Sequence record: LC788706.1
Source of the DNA: Escherichia coli phage KS_S14
DNA length: 64,000 bases
Direction: 5' to 3' (one strand)
The notes below the pieces were generated by a model. It ran no database searches and was not told the DNA's origin. It saw only the letters and a program-made list of their open reading frames with translations. Made by a program: the position numbers and the translations under genes. Shown piece after piece: positions 25,567 through 34,977 of the stretch (position 1 is the first letter of the stretch; every line of letters starts with the position of its first letter).

Positions 25567-25770
25567 TCATAAATCCTCCTCCGGTAGTCGGTGCGTGATC
25601 TTTTCCTCCTCTCCGTAGGAATCGACCAAATGTTGGTAGTAACCATCGTGATCATAAATCACTTTATCATACTCGCCACGCTCGACCGCTTGCCGGTTTT
25701 CCGGCGTATCGGGCACGTAAAAAACATCAACCATTGTACTAATTTTGGTTACAACAATTTTATTGCTCAT
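25567..25770 (-). CDS. hypothetical protein
   Basis: Start moved to second ATG with AGGGG RBS; last gene of minus-strand block. Confidence 0.4.
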   Translation of the reverse strand: MSNKIVVTKISTMVDVFYVPDTPENRQAVERGEYDKVIYDHDGYYQHLVDSYGEEEKITHRLPEEDL

Positions 25771-25870
25771 AATAACCCCTAGTAAATATATTTTTGCCAA
25801 TAGTGGCAAACGTTATCGCCACCAGCGGAATCATTTGCAGCCTCAACATTACCAGCGAAAATATATAATC

Positions 25871-26215
25871 TCATTGCGCCACCTTTCGAAACGCTGTTTC
25901 AATACTATCCGCAGTGGATTGAATATACGCTCCTTTCATTATCAGGCGCTCGGTACATACCTTACGGAAGATATTAATAAAATCATCTTCATTTTCTGCA
26001 ATTAATGCTTCACCCATAACCTGAACGTCGCAAGATGCAAAGGTCAAAAATTGAAACGCTAGTTCACGGGCAACGACCGCATTGATTTTATAATGCGCCT
26101 TGCCCTCATAAATATTAACAACGCCCTTGTAAGCTGGGGAAAGCTGATTTAAGTAATTTGCTAACAATGCAGGACGGCAATTAGCAACAAAACGATTGCC
26201 CTCATAAATAACCAT
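25871..26215 (-). CDS. hypothetical protein
   Basis: 114 aa ORF in minus-strand operon. Confidence 0.45.
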   Translation of the reverse strand: MVIYEGNRFVANCRPALLANYLNQLSPAYKGVVNIYEGKAHYKINAVVARELAFQFLTFASCDVQVMGEALIAENEDDFINIFRKVCTERLIMKGAYIQSTADSIETAFRKVAQ

Positions 26216-26338
26216 TTGACAGCCTCCCGATTAGATAGCCAGATAAAAGCATAAAAATCCCCAATGAAATGGGGTCATTTTTAAATAAGGTGGCGGTAAA
26301 ACCGCCAACCATTGCAAGGATAATAATGGTAACGCTTT

Positions 26339-26551
26339 TCATAGTACCCCACGAAACGCAGCGTAAAAGGTGGCAAAGTATTTAACCGTTTCAGCGATCA
26401 CGTTGCCGCGCTTATCAAATTTTTTCTCAGTAACACGAAAGGCATTTTTGTTACGTGCTACATATTCGATTTTACAATCTTCACGCTCGAACGTGTTAAC
26501 ATCCACCAGCTTAAAGCCTTTCGAACGTGCAAGGGAAACGTTACGAATCAT
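26339..26551 (-). CDS. hypothetical protein
   Basis: 70 aa ORF. Confidence 0.4.
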   Translation of the reverse strand: MIRNVSLARSKGFKLVDVNTFEREDCKIEYVARNKNAFRVTEKKFDKRGNVIAETVKYFATFYAAFRGVL

Positions 26552-26752
26552 TTTTATTCTCCTTTACCAGTCATGCAGCCCAGCAGATAAGAAAAAACGG
26601 CAATGCCAGCGCCGATAATAACAGCGTGAACGCCGAAAGCTATTGCAAATAACGATAAGATAGCGCCCAAGATACCCGCCAGAATAGCTCGAAAAATAAC
26701 CATTTGTAATACTCCCCTAGTTATCGGGGGATATAATATCCCCCGTTATTAA

Positions 26753-27016
26753 TTACATTAAAACAATTTTTGCAGCTTGTTTTTTGGTGCAATGTTCCGC
26801 CTTCAGGGTATCCAGCAAAAAGCCAGCCGTTTGCTGATCGATTTTATCGGCGTTATACAATTCTTGGATGGTGTTATAAGTTTTAGCAATGCCGTATTCT
26901 TGCACCATTTCGTGAATAATAACGCGGTTAGATACCCAGCCTTGAGCGGTGAACAGATGACTAGCAGAAGAATAAGCAACCATTTTAAGCCTCCAAATTT
27001 TTGGGAAAATTTTCAA
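26753..27016 (-). CDS. hypothetical protein
   Basis: 87 aa ORF. Confidence 0.4.
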   Translation of the reverse strand: MKIFPKIWRLKMVAYSSASHLFTAQGWVSNRVIIHEMVQEYGIAKTYNTIQELYNADKIDQQTAGFLLDTLKAEHCTKKQAAKIVLM

Positions 27017-27089
27017 CCGTCCTTAAACGGTGTAAAGGCATTATAACAAAAAAGGCCACCAATTATGGCGACCTTTACAAAACTTTACA

Positions 27090-27584
27090 TTAAACTACTT
27101 GTAATGTTTCAATATTGAAACATCGTTTCAATTCGTCATGCAAAACAGCATATTCCTCCCATCGGGTACTATCAGGAATATAAACAAGCTGTTTTAATCG
27201 GTTTGCATATATTACCGCTTTGTTATCGACTATCTCGACGCCACCATATTTAATAATTAATTTCATGACGGAATTAATAGGATCACCGCCGTTTACATAT
27301 GTGCCGGATTTACTTAGTTGATAATGATAAAGGCTTGCATATACGTTTTCATTCTCATACCATTCACCAGTTTCTTCGTCTTCGTAACCATCGCTACCAA
27401 AACGAGAAGCATTATCAATAGCCATTTCATGAGCGAAAGCGTCCAGATCCGTACCAGCAGGAACAAAATATTCCTCGGTGTTCCCTTCCCCGCAATAGCC
27501 AGTATGACAATCAACTAAAATGATCATATCATGTTTAGCCGTGCTCACTTCCCCTAGTGAGAAGCCGTATTTTTCTTCAGCCAT
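27090..27584 (-). CDS. hypothetical acidic protein
   Basis: 164 aa ORF with GGAGG RBS. Confidence 0.5.
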   Translation of the reverse strand: MAEEKYGFSLGEVSTAKHDMIILVDCHTGYCGEGNTEEYFVPAGTDLDAFAHEMAIDNASRFGSDGYEDEETGEWYENENVYASLYHYQLSKSGTYVNGGDPINSVMKLIIKYGGVEIVDNKAVIYANRLKQLVYIPDSTRWEEYAVLHDELKRCFNIETLQVV

Positions 27585-27649
27585 TAGTTAGCCTCCTATT
27601 AGTTAACAAGGGAATAGTAAAGTGGGGAAACAATCCCCACTAAATATTA

Positions 27650-28660
27650 TTACTCGCTTTCGATGTTAGTGGTGAAAGTAGAAATATCGATACCTTTTAC
27701 CATTTCATCAATCATTTCAGCGATGTTAAAACTTTGCACCATTTCCAGCATTGCCGCTTCCATAGCTGCGCCTGCTACCGCTTTCGCTTTCTGGTTATTC
27801 GGGGCGTACTGGTCAACCGCTACGCTCAGCAGGTTAGCAATAACTACCCGACCAATCGGCGTATCAATATAACCTTTGATCATGAATGGTGCTTTTTTAG
27901 CCGCTACTTTCGTAATTTGAGTTAATGCAATTTTGCCAGCTTCCAGTTTTGCAGCATTTACAACAGCGGATTTATTAGCGGCAACGATATTAGCGATCTT
28001 GGTCATGGTATTATTTCCTTTGTTTTCAGTAGTTTGAGTGTTAACGCTTTGAGTGTTAGAATTTACAGCATGTTTTTCCGTGTTGTCAATAGGCTGATCT
28101 TCCTCCTTCCAGAAAGAAAAGCCCGCGCTTTCAATATCCCCATCATATACATAAGGGTACACTTCCGACGGTAACAAAAAATTACCATCGCCATCAAAAG
28201 CCATTATAGCGGTATATTGAGACCCGTCGTTATCCGGCTTATGCCATCCAGCAGGTAAATACTTCCAGATAACATCTAAAAATCCCTCAATGCTAGAAAG
28301 TCCATTTATCAGATCAAGTCCAATAAGCTCAAAACCATTTATATTAAATGATTGACGGCCTGAATTGCTATGATATGCAACAATATTATTGCCCTGCGCA
28401 ATAATAAAATCGGCATCCGGCCCCGCTCCCCTACCTGTAAAGATATGGCAATCACGGTTATATAAAACAAGCGTTGCCCCTTGCTTATATAGTGGTAGAA
28501 AACTATCTATATCATAAGCGTCATAATCATCAAAAAAGTTTTGATGAATAGTTTCAGCCTTGTTAATAAAATGTTTAATGCTGGTTGACTTGCTACCATC
28601 CAGCAGGTTGCGCAATGCACCTTTTAAGACGGTTGCGTTATCTGGTTTATACAGCCTCAT
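27650..28660 (-). CDS. hypothetical protein (first gene of minus-strand block)
   Basis: 336 aa ORF with GAGGAGG RBS; Ala/Lys-rich C-terminal helical region. Confidence 0.55.
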   Translation of the reverse strand: MRLYKPDNATVLKGALRNLLDGSKSTSIKHFINKAETIHQNFFDDYDAYDIDSFLPLYKQGATLVLYNRDCHIFTGRGAGPDADFIIAQGNNIVAYHSNSGRQSFNINGFELIGLDLINGLSSIEGFLDVIWKYLPAGWHKPDNDGSQYTAIMAFDGDGNFLLPSEVYPYVYDGDIESAGFSFWKEEDQPIDNTEKHAVNSNTQSVNTQTTENKGNNTMTKIANIVAANKSAVVNAAKLEAGKIALTQITKVAAKKAPFMIKGYIDTPIGRVVIANLLSVAVDQYAPNNQKAKAVAGAAMEAAMLEMVQSFNIAEMIDEMVKGIDISTFTTNIESE

Positions 28661-28926
28661 TTGTTCGGCCTCCTCGTTAATCGGTGAGTGAATGATAAAG
28701 GTAATTTTCTAGCATAGGCAAATATTATTTTACCTTTTTATTTTCCTTGCCTAGCGTCTAATTTTATGCTAACCGCGCAGCGGTGTAATAAAGAGCAAAA
28801 CACGGCGAAGCCACCAGGCCGCAGCATTGAGGCTTTACTTTACTATTACCTTGCAGCGTTTAGCTCGTTAGAATGCGATTTAGGCCGCTTAAAATTGATT
28901 GCAGTTGTTAACACTACCTTTTTACC

Positions 28927-28966
28927 CTGTATATTTATACAGTGGAATAACCTGTGGATAAGTCTG
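28927..28966. repeat. right copy of about 40-bp inverted repeat with SOS-box-like palindrome and DnaA box
   Basis: Reverse complement of 28927-28966 matches 25159-25198 at about 34 of 40 positions. Confidence 0.55.
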
Positions 28967-29361
28967 TGCAAAAGTCCTTATATCGCCGCCTATCGTGTCA
29001 AGTTATTTCGTGCTGTGGATAACGTTGTGGATAACCTAAATGATAGTGCTTCTCACTTAGCTAGATGATTTCTTATAGTTATTATTTCTCATTAATTTAT
29101 ATGTATATTATATATCATGAAATAGTTAGTTAGCTAATGAGATTTTTCGTGATTAATAGTCTGCTAATAGTTTACTCGGTTACAGTCCACCAGCATGATT
29201 ATCATCCTAGCAATTATTATCCTGCTATCTTTCCGATGCATACTAACAAATAAAAGTCAATTAATTTATTTCATAAAATAAGTAGTTATCCACTGGAAAA
29301 TAAAAGTCAAGTGGATAACTAGGAAAATTTCATTTTTGCTTTTGGGGATAAGTTATCAACA
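28953..29361. promoter_or_regulatory. DnaA-box cluster in divergent control region
   Basis: TGTGGATAA at 28953, 29024, 29036; TTATCCAC at 29286; GTGGATAAC at 29311; TTATCAACA at 29353. Confidence 0.5.
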
Positions 29362-29766
29362 AGGCTAGAATGCACCTAAAACGCCCTAGAACGCGATGAA
29401 AGTTTTAGCCATGCCATTGCATTGCCTACCCTCGTTTATCGCTACCACGAGCTTTTTAGTTTTTGTCAAGTAGGGCAAGGCAAATATAAATGAAAAAATT
29501 ACTTGCCAACCTGCTGGGTTTTATGGTATTCGCGCGCCCGTTTCTTTTAATTTTAGGCCGTCGCCGCACGCCGTCCGGTGAGTTTTTGTCTTTACATTTC
29601 TTTACAAAAATAAGGTTGCGCCATTTTCGGGAATCCCCTATTATTTATCTCGTAGGGCGGCAATGACGAACTACACGGCGGGAAGTTTACCGCCACGCTC
29701 TTTAAAAATTGGGTACATCTTAAAGCCTATCGGCGGTAAACTTATACATTATAAGGAATCGACGAT

Positions 29767-29970
29767 ATGAAACAAACTTTATTGATCACTGGCAAGCCTA
29801 TTAAGGCACTAGATAGCAAAACAAAAAAATTGTTGACAGTAGCGCAAAGATCGGTAAAATACCGATTCACGCAGTACAAGAAAGGCCGCCAGCAAGGTTT
29901 AGAAATGATCTGGCGAAATATTATGATTGACTTGAAAGAAAATCATAAAAAACTGCAAAAAATTGTTTGA
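29767..29970 (+). CDS. hypothetical basic protein
   Basis: 67 aa; first ORF of + strand pre-early-like operon. Confidence 0.4.
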   Translation: MKQTLLITGKPIKALDSKTKKLLTVAQRSVKYRFTQYKKGRQQGLEMIWRNIMIDLKENHKKLQKIV

Positions 29971-30136
29971 CAATCTAGCCGATAGGTTTTAAGATGTACT
30001 CAGTTCGATAAGAGCGATAACTTGATAAAATTTGACGGTCGGTGCTTACCATAATGCATCCCGCCCCCTAACTGGGATATAGCGGCCTACGTGGAGTTCT
30101 TTAAATTGGTTAAACTGGCGAGCGGATTGTTACTTA

Positions 30137-30164
30137 TTACCTGCTAGTATTTTCTAGCAGGTAA
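30137..30164 (+). promoter_or_regulatory. intercistronic palindrome ttacctgctag/ctagcaggtaa
   Basis: 11-bp perfect arms with 6-nt AT loop between genes. Confidence 0.4.
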
Positions 30165-30200
30165 TGCGGAACAATCCCCAAATAACTAGGAGTTTATATT

Positions 30201-30452
30201 ATGCAAAACGTTATTACCGCGCCTAAAATTGGTCAATCCGTCTTTATTCCTTTCGTTACTAAAACGGATGAATTAACCGGAAAAGCCGAACGCATTAAAG
30301 GTGCGGCGCTTATGCCGTTCGATACAATCGACGCGGTATACGCTGAAACGGAACGCAGTAACAACGGCAAACCAGTTTTTAGCGTTCGCGTTAAATCCGG
30401 TGACGTTGTAAAGGTTGTTCAACGCAACGAAAAATGGGAAGCTGTTTTGTAA
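30201..30452 (+). CDS. hypothetical protein
   Basis: 83 aa ORF with AGGAG RBS. Confidence 0.45.
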   Translation: MQNVITAPKIGQSVFIPFVTKTDELTGKAERIKGAALMPFDTIDAVYAETERSNNGKPVFSVRVKSGDVVKVVQRNEKWEAVL

Positions 30453-30466
30453 TTTAGTGTTAACTT

Positions 30467-30494
30467 TATATTCCCCTGAAATATGGGGAATATA
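30467..30494 (+). promoter_or_regulatory. intercistronic palindrome tatattcccc/ggggaatata
   Basis: 10-bp perfect arms, 8-nt loop. Confidence 0.4.
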
Positions 30495-30553
30495 ACGATT
30501 AACATTAAGTTAATCATTAAATCCCTTAAATTAAACTAATAGGAGTTTTTACC

Positions 30554-30961
30554 ATGACTAACGCAAAAACCGCAAAATTCGCATGGAATGAAGAAAACAC
30601 TCAGAAAGCTGTTACCATGTATCAGCAGTTAATCAATGAAAACGGTTTAGATTTCGCAAATAGCGACGGTCTGAAAGAGATTGCGAAAGCAGTAGGCGCG
30701 GCCTCCCCCGTGTCAGTTCGCTCAAAATTGACCAGCGCGAAAGCATATCAAAAAAGCGATAAGCCGCGCAAAGTAGGCGGCGGTAGCTCTGTGCGTAAAG
30801 CTCATTATGTACGCGTTATCGCTAAACATGCTATTGATTCCGGCATTATCAAAGACGCCGACGATCTGGCAAGTCTGGAAAGTGCAAAACTTGAAACGCT
30901 GGACGCAGTAGCGCAACTGTTAGGCGTTGCCGATGAAGTAAAACAAGCCGCAGGCGAATAA
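30554..30961 (+). CDS. pre-early protein, possibly A2-like
   Basis: 135 aa; immediately upstream of the A1-like gene; assignment by position and size only. Confidence 0.35.
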   Translation: MTNAKTAKFAWNEENTQKAVTMYQQLINENGLDFANSDGLKEIAKAVGAASPVSVRSKLTSAKAYQKSDKPRKVGGGSSVRKAHYVRVIAKHAIDSGIIKDADDLASLESAKLETLDAVAQLLGVADEVKQAAGE

Positions 30962-30962
30962 T

Positions 30963-31006
30963 AGTTATATCTTGCCCCCTTTTAGTGAGGGGGCAATAAT
31001 ATAACT
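30963..31006 (+). promoter_or_regulatory. intercistronic GC-cored palindrome
   Basis: ttatatcttgccccc...gggggcaataatataa imperfect inverted repeat. Confidence 0.4.
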
Positions 31007-31051
31007 GTTTAGCGATAGTTATTTTCTTCCCTTAAATCAGGAGTTTTAAAA

Positions 31052-31249
31052 ATGGTTTTCTTCCCTACTGAATCATTAATTCTAGGCTTGTTTATTATGG
31101 CGGCCTCGTTATTGTTCGCTTATTTTCAAAATGATTTAGACTCATATTATTTTAAGCGTAAGTCTAAATTGGCAAAGCGTTTAGGTCTGATTTGTTTTAT
31201 TGCCGCCGTTGCTTGTGGTGTTAGTTCTAGCCTGATGCCTTTAAATTAA
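31052..31249 (+). CDS. small membrane protein
   Basis: 65 aa, two hydrophobic helices. Confidence 0.4.
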   Translation: MVFFPTESLILGLFIMAASLLFAYFQNDLDSYYFKRKSKLAKRLGLICFIAAVACGVSSSLMPLN

Positions 31250-31260
31250 TGTTGCAAATT

Positions 31261-31286
31261 ATAACGCCTATTATTCGAGGCGTTAT
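31261..31286 (+). promoter_or_regulatory. intercistronic palindrome ataacgcct/aggcgttat
   Basis: 9-bp arms, 8-nt loop. Confidence 0.4.
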
Positions 31287-31339
31287 ATTTGGCAATATTG
31301 CCGTTATTAATCTAATCCCTTTAATGGAGTTTTATTACT

Positions 31340-33010
31340 ATGATTATTTCCGCAGAAAAACAAACCGTTATCCTGAAAATGGCCGCTGACTTTAATTTCT
31401 ATGGTAAACGTCTGCGCGCTACTAAACTGGAAGTCTGCGACGATATATCAAAAGCGGTCTACGATACTACTAAACACTCCACCGCTATCTGCGACTGGCT
31501 GGAAGCAAATAAACCAGCTAAACCGAAAGCTGCAAAAGTAGCAAAAGCCATTAAAAACGATGAGCGCCCAGAAGCGGCGGGAATTGTTTCTAGTACGGTT
31601 GAGCAATGGGAAGTAAAACAGGGTAAACGCTTTATTATTACGTCGATTCAGAATAATACTTTCCCGCATAAAAACTTTTTGTCCTCGCTTGAACAATACG
31701 CTAAATATATCGGCGCTGATTTGCTTGTTTCTAAGTATATTTATAATAAAAACGGCTTCCAGAATGGAGAAGGTGCAGACGGTATCAAATACGATCCCGC
31801 ATTTGATAAATATATTTGCAGCAAAAACGTGTTTTTAAATAACCGCCGCTTTGCTTTCATGGCTGAAATTAATGTTTTGCCCACCGCAGATTATCCGCTT
31901 TCAGGATTCGCAGAAACTGCAACGGCTTTAAATATTGAAGGGCTGGCAATTGGTCATGCTAAAATTACCGCCGAAAGCGTGCCAGCTCTCAAAGGTGAGG
32001 TAGTGCGCCGCATGTATTCAACCGGAACGGCGACGTTAAAAAACTATATCCAGCAAAAAGCAGGGCAAAAAGCCGAGGCGCTGCATAACTTCGGCGCGCT
32101 GATTGTTGAGTTCGACGAGGACGGGGAATTTTTTGTTCGCCAGCTTGAAACAATGGATGAAAGCGGGGTGTTTTATGATCTGAACGTTTGCGCTACTCCT
32201 GCCGGATGTTATGAAACATCGGGACATGTTTTAGGCTTGCAATATGGCGACATCCACGCAGAAAAATTAGATGAGGAGTGCGCCGCCGCATCTTGGGGGC
32301 ATGGTGACACCTACGGGCTTGTGGATATTCTTAAACCAAAATATCAATTCGTCCATGACGTGCATGATTTTACATCACGCAACCATCACAACCGCGCATC
32401 CGGTGTATTCCTAGCAAAACAATACGCCGCCGGACGTGATAAGGTATTAGATGATCTTATCGATACGGGGCGCGTATTGGAATCAATGGAGCGCGATTTT
32501 TCTCAAACGATCATCGTAGAATCAAACCATGATTTAGCTTTATCCCGTTGGCTGGATGATCGTAACGCCAACATTAAAGACGACCCTGCAAACGCGGAAC
32601 TATATCACCGCCTGAATGCCGCTATTTACGCCGCAATCGGTGAGCATGATGAAACGTTTAACGTGCTTGATTATGCGCTGCGCAAAGTTGCAGGTTGTGA
32701 GTTTAACGCCATTTTCCTAACGACTGACCAGTCTTTCAAGATTGCAGGCATTGAATGCGGCGTACACGGTCACAATGGCATTAACGGCAGCCGTGGCAAT
32801 CCTAAACAATTTAAGAAATTGGGCAAGTTAAACACGGGGCATACGCATACCGCCAGCATTTACGGCGGTGTATATACCGCTGGCGTGACTGGTAGTCTGG
32901 ACATGGGTTACAACGTTGGCGCGTCTAGCTGGACTCAAACGCATATTATTACCTATGCAAACGGTCAACGCACTTTGATTGACTTTAAGAATGGTAAATT
33001 CTTTGCGTAA
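31340..33010 (+). CDS. A1: A1-like pre-early protein, calcineurin-like metallophosphoesterase (putative nuclease)
   Basis: 556 aa, the size recalled for T5 A1; motifs GDIHAEK, HDVHD, ESNHD, GHNGINGSRGN, GHTHT. Confidence 0.6.
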   Translation: MIISAEKQTVILKMAADFNFYGKRLRATKLEVCDDISKAVYDTTKHSTAICDWLEANKPAKPKAAKVAKAIKNDERPEAAGIVSSTVEQWEVKQGKRFIITSIQNNTFPHKNFLSSLEQYAKYIGADLLVSKYIYNKNGFQNGEGADGIKYDPAFDKYICSKNVFLNNRRFAFMAEINVLPTADYPLSGFAETATALNIEGLAIGHAKITAESVPALKGEVVRRMYSTGTATLKNYIQQKAGQKAEALHNFGALIVEFDEDGEFFVRQLETMDESGVFYDLNVCATPAGCYETSGHVLGLQYGDIHAEKLDEECAAASWGHGDTYGLVDILKPKYQFVHDVHDFTSRNHHNRASGVFLAKQYAAGRDKVLDDLIDTGRVLESMERDFSQTIIVESNHDLALSRWLDDRNANIKDDPANAELYHRLNAAIYAAIGEHDETFNVLDYALRKVAGCEFNAIFLTTDQSFKIAGIECGVHGHNGINGSRGNPKQFKKLGKLNTGHTHTASIYGGVYTAGVTGSLDMGYNVGASSWTQTHIITYANGQRTLIDFKNGKFFA

Positions 33011-33024
33011 TTAAATTATTCCCC

Positions 33025-33048
33025 TAGCGGCTTGAAATATAGCCGCTA
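33025..33048 (+). promoter_or_regulatory. intercistronic palindrome tagcggct/agccgcta
   Basis: 8-bp arms, 8-nt loop tgaaatat. Confidence 0.4.
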
Positions 33049-33064
33049 TTACAGGAGTCAAAAA

Positions 33065-33322
33065 ATGAAAGTTATTCTACCCAAAACACTAGACGAAAAA
33101 GCATTTATTTCCCCCGATGAAATGGAATCAAATAAAGTTTACAGCTTCGGGCCTATCCTAGCCGTCAAAACTGATACGGATGGCATTATTTCCATTGATT
33201 ATCGTGATAATGATGTTGTTCCTTTTGATGACGATAGCGCTTTTTATGAGTGGTTAAGCGATAATAATTTACCCGTAAATGGTGAATTAACGCCGTATCA
33301 AATGCAGATTATTATCAAATAA
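33065..33322 (+). CDS. hypothetical protein
   Basis: Start at second ATG with AGGAG RBS. Confidence 0.4.
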   Translation: MKVILPKTLDEKAFISPDEMESNKVYSFGPILAVKTDTDGIISIDYRDNDVVPFDDDSAFYEWLSDNNLPVNGELTPYQMQIIIK

Positions 33323-33360
33323 TTTAAATCCTTTATTAAACTAACTGGAGTTTTATAAAT

Positions 33361-33753
33361 ATGAAAAAGCAAAATATTCCATTCGATCGCGCTCAGTCTT
33401 CTATTGTTCTGGTTTATTCTAATGGTGAACGTTACCACGTCGAGGCGGGGCACGTTATTGATGATCTATTAGATTTCAATGACGCTTTACAGGTTACTAC
33501 CTTTGCCTATACGCAAGGCCGCGCAAGTAGTTACATTAAGGCCGCAGGCGTTTATGTTGATACGGTGAAACAAGAAACGATTATCATCGACGCCGTAAAA
33601 TCCGGTCTAGCCTTTGCGGTTGTCGCGCCTTGCCCCGCTTGCCTTGATGATCAATTGATTTCTGCAAAAGTATATACTTGTGCTGGGATTCGTTCCCATG
33701 TATCAGGTGAGGATGTTAGTTTTATTGCCGATGCGTTGGCTTATGGTCTTTAA
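33361..33753 (+). CDS. hypothetical protein
   Basis: 130 aa ORF with GGAG RBS. Confidence 0.45.
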   Translation: MKKQNIPFDRAQSSIVLVYSNGERYHVEAGHVIDDLLDFNDALQVTTFAYTQGRASSYIKAAGVYVDTVKQETIIIDAVKSGLAFAVVAPCPACLDDQLISAKVYTCAGIRSHVSGEDVSFIADALAYGL

Positions 33754-33766
33754 TAGTTGATTTATT

Positions 33767-33793
33767 ATTGCCCGCTGATAAATAGCGGGCAAT
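33767..33793 (+). promoter_or_regulatory. intercistronic palindrome attgcccgct/agcgggcaat
   Basis: 10-bp arms, 7-nt loop. Confidence 0.4.
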
Positions 33794-33832
33794 GCTGGAT
33801 AAACTAAATCCCTTTAATGGAGAACGTAACAA

Positions 33833-34567
33833 ATGAATAAAGCTATTATGAATATTTCCCGCAGCTTCCCGCATATTTCCCGCGTCATGATTTGGGATTT
33901 AGACGGCACTATCATTAATTCTTTCCACCGCGTAGCGCCTTGCTTTGATAGCGAGGGCAATTTAGATTTAAATAAGTATAAAAATGAAGCGTGTAAACAT
34001 CATTTAATAATGCAGGATACATTATTACCATTAGTTGAATACATGCGCCAGTGCATGAACGACGCAAATACTTTAAACATTATTTGTACCGCTCGACTAA
34101 TGAGCAAGTCGGACTATTATTATTTGCGTAAACAAGGGTTGCGCGGTCGTGGGGATAGTAATATCCGCGTTTTTTCCCGTGATACACTACACAAATATTT
34201 TGAGGCTGATAAAGTTAGCGAGATATACCACAGTAAGGACGCAGTTTATAAATCTTATTATTTTGAATTATTTAAACAGTTATATCCGAACGCTGATTTT
34301 ACAATGATTGATGATCATAAAGGTGTATTATCAGCGGCGGCATCATACGGATTTAAAACGCTGGACGCGCAAGCCGTTAACGATATTCTATCAATCGGCG
34401 TGGCATTAATAGGTGAAACCTTTATTGATGAATCCCTCGATGATGATAATGATTATCAATTCCTAGCCGACCGTTTAAAATTATGTTGGGAAGGTATGAC
34501 CGAGGAAGAACGCGCAGAATATAGTTGCAGCCCGCAACAATATATTGAGAAATTAAAAGTTGCGTAA
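33833..34567 (+). CDS. dmp: HAD-superfamily 5'-deoxyribonucleotidase (Dmp-like)
   Basis: 244 aa; N-terminal IWDLDGTI (DxDGT HAD motif); size recalled for T5 Dmp. Confidence 0.55.
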   Translation: MNKAIMNISRSFPHISRVMIWDLDGTIINSFHRVAPCFDSEGNLDLNKYKNEACKHHLIMQDTLLPLVEYMRQCMNDANTLNIICTARLMSKSDYYYLRKQGLRGRGDSNIRVFSRDTLHKYFEADKVSEIYHSKDAVYKSYYFELFKQLYPNADFTMIDDHKGVLSAAASYGFKTLDAQAVNDILSIGVALIGETFIDESLDDDNDYQFLADRLKLCWEGMTEEERAEYSCSPQQYIEKLKVA

Positions 34568-34584
34568 TAATTAAAGTTGAAACT

Positions 34585-34621
34585 GTTTCATCCTGTAATT
34601 AAAATGGTTGCAGGATGAAAC
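34585..34621 (+). promoter_or_regulatory. palindrome gtttcatcctg/caggatgaaac after last operon gene
   Basis: 11-bp arms; possible bidirectional terminator between convergent units. Confidence 0.4.
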
Positions 34622-34731
34622 AATTACCCTGCTAATAGTAACGGGAGTGGCGGTTAGCAGACTAAGTATTCTCCCCCAACCCACTGGGCACACCTCCATG
34701 TGTAATCTTATGAAATTTGGCAAAAGTCAAA

Positions 34732-34977
34732 TTAGCGCATAGAAGGGTCATCAAACCTGTATTCTGGTCTGAACTCACGGAATCTCTTCCGCGACGCCCG
34801 AGATCCATCCGACCACTCCCGCTCAAACTCCGCACGTTTCTCGTCAAACTTCCGCTCCCTTTCCGCAATCTCCCTCGTCACTCCCGCAATATATTTACGA
34901 TGCTTATTGATTGCCGCAGTCGTCCCGAAAACTCCCGCGAGTATCCCGATAATAAAAGCAATTATAATACTAAACAT
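34732..34977 (-). CDS. small membrane protein with charged C-terminal tail
   Basis: 81 aa; N-terminal TM helix; last gene of overlapping minus-strand cluster. Confidence 0.4.
   Translation of the reverse strand: MFSIIIAFIIGILAGVFGTTAAINKHRKYIAGVTREIAERERKFDEKRAEFEREWSDGSRASRKRFREFRPEYRFDDPSMR

Noticed and set aside
31448-32227. Minus-strand ORFs 31448..31696 and 32036..32227 inside the A1-like gene
   Set aside because: Antisense to a long, motif-supported + strand gene.
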